Part shown: positions 12,201 to 24,500 of the stretch, one piece after another
Layout of the letters: every line of letters begins with the position of its first letter
Position numbering within the stretch: the stretch's first letter is position 1
Origin: Octopus sinensis
Taxonomy: Eukaryota
DNA length: 64,000 nt
Direction: 5' to 3'
NCBI RefSeq assembly: GCF_006345805.1
Contig: NC_043000.1
Span: forward strand, 113,770,001-113,834,000
Position numbers and translations under genes: made by a program
Notes under the pieces: generated by a model
Told to the model about the DNA's origin: nothing
The model's database searches: none
Seen by the model: the letters and a program-made list of their open reading frames with translations, nothing else

Positions 12201-15200
12201 TGAGTGAGTGAATGACCAAGAGTGAGTGAGTGAGTGAGTGAATGACCAAGAGTGAGTGAGTGAATGACCAAGAGTGAGTGAGTGAATGACCAAGAGTGAG
12301 TGAGTGAGTGAGTGAGTGAGTGAATGACCAAGAGTGAGTGAGTGAGTGAGTGAGTGAGTGAGTGAATGACCAAGAGTGAGTGAGTGAGTGAGTGAGTGAG
12401 TGAATGACCAAGAGTGAATGACCAAGAGTGAGTGAGTGAATGACCAAGAGTGAATGACCAAGAGTGAGTGAGTGAGTGAGTGAGTGAGTGAGTGAATGAC
12501 CAAGAGTGAGTGGGTGAGTGAATGACCAAGAGTGAGTGAGTGAGTGAGTGAGTGAGTGAGTGAATGACCAAGAGTGAGTGAGTGAGTGAGTGAGTGAGTG
12601 AATGACCAAGAGTGAGTGAGTGAGTGAGTGAGTGAATGACCAAGAGTGAGTGAGTGAGTGACCAAGAGTATGTGAGTGAGTGAGTGAGTGAGTGAGTGAG
12701 TGACCAAGAGTATGTGAGTGACCAAGAGTATGTGAGTGACCAAGAGTATGTGAGTGACCAAGAGTATGTGAGTGACCAAGAGTATGTGAGTGACCAAGAG
12801 TATGTGAGTGACCAAGAGTGAGTGAAGGTTATTACAGCCAAGAATTTTCCAAAAATATATTTCAAGACGTCAAGGAAATTCCAGAGAGCGGGACGAGGCA
12901 GTTGCTAACTAACACCCAGAAAAGGAGTTCCAGGAATGCTTCCATCAATGGAAACGACGCTGGATAAAGTAACTTCGGAATGGAACTACTTTGAAGGATT
13001 AAATACCGAAATGATGTGTGCTGTAGTTTTCTTCTGGCACCTGTCCGGATACTTTTTGATCAGATCTGGAAATTAGTTGACATGATCCTACAGTCATTAG
13101 AACAGCTAGAAATAACTGCTAAATCACTTCAATTATATCCCCATAGTCTTAAAACGAAAGACATAATATCATATAGTCCTAGACCCACTGTATGATCACG
13201 GCTGGAGCCCCTTTCGCTCATAGGTCAGAAGTAATCCGAAAAACAAAACAAAATCCAAACTGTCCAATTGTACTTACCGCAAGAAAACCAACGAAAGGCG
13301 AACAGATCATACCGACATCATAGATTGCTCCGATTATATAAGCTGAACGTTCAGGACTTATTTTATATTTGTCTTGGAAAAATTCCCTTCAAATAAAAAC
13401 GAGAATTATTTGTGCCATCTTGCTTTCGGTAAATTGAAAATGTTTGTTGGAAAATTTCAAAAGATAAAAAGGAAATTGATAGAAATATTTGAACTGTTCG
13501 ATCATAAATATCTCCAGAAGGAGAACCATTTTGCGTTTAAAGATAATTACCATTCAATTGATAAAGGCGAGTTGATTATAGAATTGATAAGATACCAGTG
13601 AAAATACATAATCTAAGGAGGCAATTTGAGCACATCAAGACAACTTGAAACTCATTAAATCTCAAATAGCTAATCTCTTTTCCTGTTCATTCCTTTATCT
13701 TATGAAAGTCGTTCCTTTCGACGTCTTCCCAGTTCTCTTTCATTGGGTTTTGTCCATGCATGTTTAATAAAAGATTTGAAAATAAAAAAATTATAAATCA
13801 CTAGCAGTATCGCCCGGCGTTGCTCGGGTTTGTAAGGGAAATAACTATATAAGCATTTTTAGAGAGTTACTTCCCTTATAGATGCCAATTCGGGCGTTCT
13901 TAGCCATTTCTGTTTTGGTGTCTTCAAGCCATGAAGTCGTTGTTCTAAAAGAACGCTGGTCTCCTTGACAATGCTTTACGACGTTGATTTCCTTACACTC
14001 CCTTCCCCACAGCTTCACGAGGGAGGGAAGAAGGGGGAGAAGCAAACAGGTGCAGGTGTGACCATGGACGCCAACTCCGCCGCCATCGACACACGAAAAA
14101 TTATGCATTAAAATGGAATAAAAAATGTTAAATTATTTTTAAAATCGTAGACTCATCGTAGACGCGCGCTAATACTCAGACGGGCTCGATATGAATCACG
14201 ACTATAAGATACCCGAATTTGGTTAAACTGCACCGCAAAATGTGGGAGTAGTTAGGAATGTAAATCGAAGGGGACAGACACTCACACAACTACAGTTTTA
14301 TATATAGAGATTTTCGAAATCTTTTGTTCTGTCATTAAGCACTTCCGAGTTTTCATAAAGACTAAGTTTTGTAAACAGAACAGGGCGGGCCAAAAGTCAC
14401 GCGTAAAATAAGTTCAATACAATCCGTAATTGTCAAAGGAATGCTTCAATTTTCCCAAAATTCAATAAGATAGTAATGAAATATATACGTACACGATGAA
14501 CAAATTAATAATAATGTAATCTCTCTATATATAAAGCTGAAGTTGTCTGTGTGTGGCAGGTTTGGTAGCCTTCAACTAACACTATCTCCTCCGAGACCCT
14601 GCGGCGCAAGTTGACCAAAATTGAGAGTATGATAGAAGTCTTGCTCTTCCTTCCGTAGAAGAAAAAATTCAAATCGGACCATGTTAACACCAAAAATTAT
14701 TTACATCAAAAAGGTGCTTTTTTTTTTTCTATGAAAATCCTTATTTTTTTACGATTTTTTTTTTTTACTACTGTGTCGCAATTTTTCGGTGTATTTAAAC
14801 CAGAAAAATGTTCACTTAAAGAGAATAACAAGCTACATGATGCAAAACTTTTACTTTTCAAAAATTCCAATTCTAGAGGGTCGAAACAAACCCGAGCAAC
14901 GCCGGGCGATACTGCTAGTATATTATAATGATTGAAGTGTGGAAGTGTGTCCAGTTTGTTTTTTTGCCCCTCCACGTTATTAAAAAAGTCATTACTTTAA
15001 GGAAATTATGAATATTAAAAAATTTTGAAACTATAAAGTATATTTGTATATCAAATTAGAACGATTAATATTACAAGATTCGCTCCTGGTTTAAATGTCA
15101 ACATCCGTTTGAATTCCATATGTAAACAAAGTCTTTTCTTCGCGTTCGTAAAAGCATAATAAAGCGGGAAAAAAAGAGTAAACTATACGTAGTGCAAAAA

Positions 15201-18200
15201 CAATGCTCCCTATCTAATAGAATTAAGCTTTCAGATTGTGTCAGACTGCGGTCATATCGCATGGTTTTCCACTAAGCTCGCGATCCAACATCCTTCTATA
15301 TCTTAGCATTGTAAAACCTGATGGCTCGCTTCTTATACCAATTCACTTTTGGATAGATTCACAGATTCTTTCAAAACATTTTAAAAATTTCCTTATTGTG
15401 TGATGAGGAAACCAAAACTACTTACGTCGAATCCACCACGAACTGTACCACAGCATTGAAGAAAAACAATCTGGAGATGTTTATCAACCAATAAAGACAA
15501 GAAAGCTGTTTCAAATCACGCAGGGACTGGTAGAAAGAAAAAAAAATGGCAGCCAATTATAGTTTTCAATATGGATGGGTAGTTCTTTTAACCCTAGGTT
15601 AATAGTGAATGAGCATACCTATAACCAAAGGCGTTCCATACACGGCCGTCCCATGTTCTATATATGATGAACAACACTGTCCCATGTATTCTGCTAAAAC
15701 ATTAGGTTCTAGAAATTCAAGATACCACATAGAGGCTTCCCTCCGTTATCTAGATATAGTATTAAGTAAACTAATTATTCTGCTTTACAGTTGGTACTAG
15801 TTTGTCTTTGGAAAATAAGAGGGAGACTCCTCCACATCAAGGTAAACAATCAATACATATAACACACGAGGTCAGACAAAATCTCAACTCGAAGATGCCA
15901 CAAACTATGTAGAGAATAATTTAAAATGTATTAAATGTTGTTGCCGGTGCGTGTGCGTGTGTGTGCGCGCGCGCAAGGATATTTCCCTCAGTATCAATAC
16001 AGTAACCTTACTAACTCCATTTAATGCAGCTGAACTAAAATAGTTGGAGAGCTCCAGATCAATCTTTATTCTAAACTCTTACAATCAATCAAAATCGTTG
16101 CTGGAATGATGTCTTGTTTTTCAATTAAAGCTTATCTTAAACTAGGAGTGGCGAATGTTTGTACACAGAAAATTGTATTACATATACTGCATAAGGGAAC
16201 TTCGAGTGTCGCCGATGGAGCGCTACAAGATTTGAAAACTAGGTACCATGCAGCAAAGCTAGCTGCCCTCGTGTAGGTTTGATGCCAAGACAAAATAGTA
16301 GGGATATTCCTTCCTGTTTCTTTATTAGCCACAAGGGCCCAAACATAGAGGGGGACAATACAGCCTGATTGGGGTCAGACACACAATGATTATATGACTT
16401 AAAATTTTACAAAATATAATGAAATCGAATGAGATACAAGGACAAAATACAAACATGAAATGAAGCAGAGAGATGGGTTACGCTCCGACCCCACGAGCCC
16501 CATACAAAATAGTCGGGATATTTCTTCCATCTACATACGGGTAGAGTTCAGTGGTGTCTTATCAATCAAGTGCGTTTCGAGCGATTCCATAAAACCTGTG
16601 AGCTTTACTATCCAAAAACAAAAATACGTACGAAGCCACTTGAAAGTCACACAAGTGCGGATGTAGAGACGACATCAAATAGCTTTACCTTGAGGAACAA
16701 AATATGTACTGGTCAAATATTCCGCTGACCATATAGATTAGATACTTACGGCTACTTTATGTTGTTTGTTCTGAGTTGTGCCGTCGTCGTCGTCGTCTTT
16801 AACTGAATATTCTATCATGGCCAATAGACATGCCAAACCAAGACTGAACAGACACAGAGAAAAACCTGAAGTAAGGCAAAAGTTGTTTTAGAATATGGAA
16901 ATGGATGAACATCATACAACCAACCTTACCATAATTTTCACGACACAGAAACCAGATCTATTCTAGAATAGTAAAACAGATTTAATTTCGAGCAGAGATT
17001 TAATTTCGGTTTCTTATTCGAGTAATTATTTAATAACTCGAACCTGGAAGTACAGACATAATGAGTAATTTGGTCGGTGACAGCAAATTGCTAAAGTTGG
17101 CATCAGTTTGGCAAATCTGCAGGACGAAGGAAATTTAAAAATTAGCTTAATTAGCTTAACATTGGGCAGAAGAGTTAAGTTTTATTATTTTCTGTATTTT
17201 GAAACTAGCAGAGTTAGTTTCAGGTTTCCAATGGATCCGTCACTGATTTGTTACATTTCAGGAGTGATACGTTTGTCGAATTTGGGCAGAATACAGGTAT
17301 TCTAGTTCGAGAGACAGGTTCGCATACATGATCACGTGACGAGTTTCAGCTCGGTTTCAGTCAAATTTCATTAAAACATGAGCTGAAGAGGTGCAGTAAG
17401 ACCGAATCTGTGATTGCGAAGCAAACTATATCAGGTTTATCTACATCTGTTTCTCAAATATAAGACCTAGAAAACGTTTGTGTTGATCACGTGAACCCTG
17501 ACGTCTAAACACCAAAACGTTTTCATTCTCGATTGATGAGATACGGCTGTAGTTATATAGTTTCTAATTTATATAATTTACTTAAATACAGAGTAAGAAA
17601 AATAATGGAAGACAAGGTGTAAGCAAACAACGAAAGAAGGTCAGAGATATTTGGCGATAGCAGGCAACAGAAGGACAATTCATGAAGCGAGGAAAGAAAC
17701 TTGCTGTAATAGTTAAACGTTGAAGTAACTTATGTCTGAATCACTATGAAGATTAATGAAGAATGAAAAGAGATTCCACCGGAAATTTATGAGGAAATAC
17801 CAAATCAACTTACCAAAAAAAAGTGTTTTGGTTAAACCAAAGTGATATTCCAAGTTTTTAGTCATTAAAAAATTCATCACACTACCAAGTCGAGCGATTG
17901 CCATAATGATGCCATAGGCCGTTGCTAGTTCATTCTTCTGAAACCAAAATGCTACAATTCTGTCTTGAACGACTGAAATTTCAAAGCAAGAAATTAAAAA
18001 CCACGTGATTTTAAAATAAAATATCTAGTACATACATACAAGAATTTTGTCATGCTATTTGACATCTTTCATTTACAATTATCTTCATAATTTATTCTCA
18101 AATGAATGATAATTCTAATACTATAGCATGAATTGCAGAACAATTCGTCACTAGGCAGTTTAGCTTGAAGGTAAAGCACTTAACGCGTAATCACAGGGAT

Positions 18201-18503
18201 TTGAGTACGAGTCTCATAGCTGGCCGGTAACGAATTTTTCTGCAATGTATGGATAATTTATCCTGTTTGTGCTATTGTATTAGCATTATCCTGCGTTTGA
18301 GAATAAATTATTTCTGTATCTTTCAATACATCTCAACGCTTCTAAAGTAAACTTACTTTCATCGTAAGTTGAATTTATCTTGATAGTGTTAGAAAGTCTT
18401 CTCATTTCAAAAGCCTCAAAAGGCAAGGTTGGAAAAGACCTGACGTAAAATTAACGGAGTTTGTCGATAATGAAGTACTTAGCGTAATTTAGTGTCTCAT
18501 TAA

Positions 18504-18587
<84 letters not shown>

Positions 18588-21500
18588 TGCACAGACGTGA
18601 ATTCAGTGTCAGTTGAATAGCTACCCCACCTCCCGATCCCAAACGCACGTGTGTGCCTACTCGCGAGCAAAATCGGGAGGATTTTCGAAAAGTAACTTTT
18701 AAAGCTACATACGAACAATAAAAAGGGATGTGGTACCCTGTATTATTGCAAAACTTAAACGAAATCCATCGACATTGCTACTGTACCCCAACCTGTAAAT
18801 TCCAAACATTAAAGTTATGTGATGGGGGAGCAATCGCTGGCAGAACCGCAACGGCATCAGGCAAACTTCCTTGTGGCAATTGTTCAGGTTGTCTACGTTC
18901 AAAACCTGCTGAGGGTTACTTTTCCTTCTGGGACTGGTACGAATATGAACCAATGCTAATCAAATAGCGAAGACGATTTAATCGTAACTAGCACTATGAC
19001 CCGGCGTTGTCGGGTCTAGTGCTAGTCATATCTGGTCTTTCATGAAAATCCCACTATCTTGTCATTTACTTGATCTAACTCGTTAATTATTCCCTGCATT
19101 TCTCAAATAAAAAAAGCTTGCACGTTTGGTATGATACATAACAAAGGGAGGGAAACGCAGAGTTTTAAAGAGTTATTTCCCTTGTTATGGTTTAATATAT
19201 TTAGATTAAACTGCTGGAGTGAGTTACGTCCCTTGTATTAAAGACTTTTGTTACCTGAAACATAAGGGGTCGGTTTATCGATTTTTTAAATGGCTTTGCG
19301 GGGTGACTGAGGAGGTGTAAAGATGTGCACGACCACCCTTGGACGGATTTGAATGACCATAGAAAGTGCGAGCCCTCTAACTGAAAAATTGTGGATTTGT
19401 ATAAAGGATACACACACACAGACATTTTGCCATTTATATATTGAGAGATTCCAAAACGTCATTATGACATCTTTTCTCCGAAACTTCGACTTTCCAGAGA
19501 AATTACCAGAAATTTTGGTAAAGAAAATATTCCCGCTTCTACAAGACAACAGACTCTGCAAGCAAATTTATAGCATAACCAAGAACCGAACTTTCAGATA
19601 TTATCGAATGCAAAAAAGATCGATTTTACTTACTTCGAAGAGATCCACTGCCGATACCTAATAACATTCGGCCAACTAACATCAACGGATACATAGCGAC
19701 CGCCCGCCGTAAATTGGAAATGACTGAAAGGGTGAAGAGGCCAGCTCCAGCAACAATTGAAGAGGAGAACAGCAGGGAACACACTGCAAAGAAACAGATG
19801 TTAGGATATTAAAGGATCTAGATGAGAGACTTAAAGGTTTTCAAACGTATACAATTCTTCAACGCATCACATTTCTCTGCCGGGCATTAAAGGAATCTAT
19901 GTTGCAATCATTTGAAGTCAACAAGATAAGCATCAAACAAATATTGGGTTCGATCTAATCGGCCATACCCGACCCATAAAGTTTTGGACGGGACTCTTCT
20001 CGCGTTAGAAGAACCTCTCCACGATACACGAATCCCTCTAGATTTAAACTTTTGGAACAAAATGTATAAAATTTCCAGACGCTGATTAATACAGAGTGAG
20101 ATATTTTCGGCTCTAGCCTTACACCAATTTTTCTGTGATGATAATGGCGAGAAAACGTTCGATACGAAAGTATTAAGCTAAATGTGAATTAGATAAGTTA
20201 GATTTCTTAGTCAAGATATTTCCAGAAATTCAGGGAAGTATTTTATTTGGGGACGGTCATCTCTTACCCAGAAGCACACGCACTGTTTATTTGATCTTCA
20301 CTATTATTATTAATTATTATTATTATTATTTAAAGGCGGCGAGCTGGCAAAATCGTTAGCCGGGCGAAATGCTTAGCGGTATTTCGTCTGCCGCTACGTT
20401 CTGAATTCAAATTCCGAGGTCAACTTTGCCTTTCATCCTTTCGGGGTCGCTAAATTAAGTACCAGTGACGCACTGGGGTCGCTATAATCGACTTAATCCG
20501 TTTGTCTTTCCTTATTTGTCCCCTCCATGTTTAGCCCCTTGTGGGTAGTAAAGAAATAGGTATTTCATCTGTCGCTACGATCTGAGTTCAAATTCCGCTG
20601 AGGTCGACTTTGCCTTTCATCCTTTCGGGGTCGATAAATTAAGTACCACTTACGCACTGGGATCGATGTAAGACTTGTCTCCTCCACCCAAAATTTCAAG
20701 CCTTTTGCCTTTAGTAGAAAAGATTGCTATTACTATTATTACTAATTTATTTGTCAGTGTTCAGAATGTATGACGAAAGAATTAAAAAATTAATAATAAA
20801 GTGAAGATCAAATAAACCGTGCGCGTGTTTATTGGCAAAAGATGACCAACTCCAAATATAGCAATATTTGTTTCAAGATTTTGGTTCACATCAAGAATCT
20901 TGCAAAACGAATTCATAAACGTCAGGACCAAACGTCTTGGAAGTTCCACCTTGTTTCCGCAGTTTTCCTCGTTCGATATTTCTCTGCCTACGATACAAAA
21001 ATACAGTTCTGTCATGTTCTTATAACCTCTGCAATAATGTTGAAACACCTACATTACTCGACCATTTCGTTGTTTATTAGGTTGCCTTTTAGTTATTAAG
21101 AGATGTATTCTGTAAATTACATCCATCTTACACTCGCCGCACTCGCTGTAACAGTTCTAACTTGGAAGAAATACAAAGGAAAAATGACAAACGAAAGAAG
21201 CAAAACAATGTTCACTTACTGCTGTGACCGAATCTGTCCGTGAGAAATCCAGAGAAGATCACAATACAAGCATTTCTAAGGGAGATAAAGAAAAAAAAAT
21301 CCTCTTGTCAAGAATAGATTCATGTTTAATTAATGCTGCTTAATAACGGTCCAAGGGAAAGGTGATTGGTGAGGAGAATGGAAGCCCCATTTGTACAGGC
21401 AGCACCTTTCAGAGAGAAAGGCTGAATAAAAGAATGAAGCCTGGACAGCAGAGATGGACTATTAGGTAAGAGACGAGAGATTTGGGAATCGGAGGGGAAT

Positions 21501-24500
21501 AAGATGGGGACGCGAAACTAATAAATTTAATATCGAACTAAATCCTATCGCAGGTGATACGTTCCAAACCGCGCCGCGATAGGTGAAAATCTGTGAAGTA
21601 GAAACAGTACTGGAGAGAGAGAGAGGGGGGGCGCAATGGCCCAGTGGTTAGGGTAGCGGGCTCGCAGTCGTAGGATCGCGATTTCGATTCTCAGACCGGT
21701 CATTGTGAGTATTTATTGAGCGAAAACACCTAAAGCTCCAAGAGGTTTCGGCAGGGGGGGGGGGCCATCTCTGCTGTACTCTTTCGCCACAACTTCCTCT
21801 CTTCTATTGGCCTGCTCGCTTAGCCAGCGGGGTGGCTTCATTTGAAGGCTAAAACAATGCGAAGCGCATTGTGACCGGCGATGTGTAGCAACATGTGATA
21901 GCCTGGTCGGTCACGGTTATATATATGTTTGTATATTTATTTTATTATAAATGCAAAACACCACCACGGATGAATCGACGTAAGCTTAAATAATAAACCG
22001 CGATAGATGAACCGCAATATGACTAGGACTAATGTACTCGAGTCGATAGGATTGAGTAAACATCCTTGAAGGACCTGCCGCACTATAAACCCAATTCAAT
22101 GACAAACTAGTAAAATAATTTTTAAAAAGCAACTTACGACCAAGAAAATGATGTATATAACTGGTTGTAACGGTCGGCTCCGAGACTTAAGCATTCTTCA
22201 CAACATTTGTGATGTTGGCCAGGATTGGTACAGTTTGACTTCGTTGACAAAGAAGAGAAAAAGAGAGAATGACAAAGATAAATTTAACACATATGGCATT
22301 CGTTTTGTTTCATTAGAAAACTTGTGAGCGAGACACGCCGATTCTCTTGAACGACCTACGTCTTATATTTCTATATGAAACTAACTTTTACCTTACAAGG
22401 CCTTTACGTAATTTAATAAAAGGCCAGAATGGAATTAAGTCTTTTTTGGCACCTATGATCCAAATATGACCATCTTGCCTTCTGCTTCTAAATTGTATCT
22501 TAGATGATTTTAGCCAATATCTTTACATTTTAAGATGAGTATGTTTTTGGTGTAATTTTGGCTGTTATTTTCAACAGAGCAAGCGACTTCCTTAAGGTTC
22601 CTTCATAGCTCGGTTAGCAGAAATTGCAATACAAACAAGAGCACTCAGAGCGCAAACCTCCGCCAAGGTAACACCAATGTCCCCTCAACGATTAGCCGGA
22701 GATGATTTTTCAAATGAGAATATCTGGAATAAACTCGACTGCTCTCACAAACGAGAATACTAAGAATAAACCTGACTGCTCTCAAAAATTTTTTTTTAAT
22801 TTAAAAAAAAAAAAAAAGGAAAAATAATCCAGAATTTTTGTCCAGTACCAGATCGATCCCAAAACCTATTCAGTTCGTGCCAGTCTCGTGGCCAAACATC
22901 CCTGGAAGTTTCATCCGAATCCATCCAGCGGTTCTTGAGGTATCTTGTACAGAGACAAACAATCAACTGAAAACAATACCTCCACCTTCGCTAAGGGCGA
23001 GGTAATAAAGACGCATTCTAAAACCCAGTATTCGGTGAACGGGAATGTCCTAAGAGATTCTAATAGTTAACAACACTGTTTCTAGCCTCAAATATTAGTG
23101 CAGCCATGGATTGTGCCCTACACGAAGCTAGAAAGTCCCATCTAGTGTACGCATGCGTGCATATGTACAGATGCAATCTTTATTTGTTAATTCTCTTAAG
23201 TATTCCAGGCCGTGGTACACCATTTAAAATTATTTAATTGTTTGGCGCTTGGTTGTGAGAGAATATTTTTGCTTAAGCAAAGGTTAAGATGCACCACATC
23301 TATATATGTAAGTGTGGCTGTGTGGTAACAATTTTACTTTCCAACCACATGGCTCCGGGTTCAGTTCCACTGCGTGGCACCATGGGCTACTGTCTTCTAT
23401 TATAGCCTTGTGAGTGGATTTGGTAGCTGGAAACAAAAAGTCTGTCAGTGTGTGACCGACACCCCCCACAGCTTGACAACTGGTGCTGGTTTGTTTACGT
23501 CTCCGTAACTTAGTTCGGCAAAAGAGACCGACAGAATAAGTACCAGACGAAGAAAAATAGGTACTAGGGTCGATTCATTCGACTAAAATTTCAAAGCGGT
23601 GCTGTAACATGGCCGCAAGCAAAAGATAAATGAAACAAGCAAAAGATAAATGGAGTGTAACACGTTTCTCAAGTCAAATGTAAGGAACTGGCAGAAACCG
23701 GTTTGGGCAAACAAACTCAGCCTCAATGATGTGAGAAACTGATGCCAGAATTTTGATCATTTAAAACAGTGGTTCCCAAAGTGGGCAGTACTGCCTATCT
23801 TGGGGACGGTGGAAAGATCCATATGGAGAGCGTTGAAGTGGGATGATAAAGGAGTGAGCAAAATGGGGCGATAGATGTAAAAAAAATTATTAATAGGCGC
23901 TGCGTGGCGAGCTGGTAGAAATGTTAGCCTGCCGGGCGAAATTCGTAGCTGTATTTCGTCTGCCGTTACATTCTGAGTTCAAACTCCGCCGGGGTTGATA
24001 AAGTACCAGTTACGCACTGGGGTCGATATAATCGACTTAATCCATCTGTCTGTCCTTGTTTGTCCTCTCTGTGTTTAGCCCCTCGTGGGTAGAAAAGAAA
24101 TAGGTATTTTGTCTGCCGCTACGTTCTGAGTTCAAATTCCGCCGAGGTCGACTTTGCCTTTCATCCTTTCGGGGTCGATTAAATAGGTACCAGTTACGCA
24201 CTGGGGTCGATATAATCGACTTAATCCGTCTGTCTGTCCTTGTTAGTCCCCTCTGTGTGTAGCCCCTTATGGGCAGTAAAGGAATATGCTTGCTTCCTAA
24301 CCACATGGTTCCGGGTTCAATCACACTGCGTGGCATCTTGGGCAAGAGTTTTCTATAGCCTTCGGCCGACCAAAACCTTGTGAGTGGATTTGGCAGACGA
24401 AAACTCAAAGAAGCCCGTTGTGTATGTAAGTATACATATATGTGTGTGTGTGTGCTTGTCCTCCTACCATCGCTTCACAACCGATGTTGGCGTATTTATA

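Noticed and set aside
11400-12825. CRISPR-like look (constant GAATGACCAA with variable gaps)
   Set aside because: The spacers are only (GAGT)n; eukaryotic context; no cas genes.
11262-12865. Three 430-520 aa ORFs (THSL/HSLT repeats)
   Set aside because: Translation of the (GAGT)n satellite; no splice signals or coding complexity.
16560-16680. Frame reading LFLDSKAHR resembling post-TM6 of MFSD1
   Set aside because: No compatible splice sites; the phase-matched exon is 16750-16865.
17383-17415. CTGAAGA-GGT..ACC-GAAT motif
   Set aside because: No stem I partner and incomplete core.
18152-18225. tRNA gene
   Set aside because: Acceptor and anticodon stems are mispaired; at most a decayed SINE head or pseudo-tRNA.
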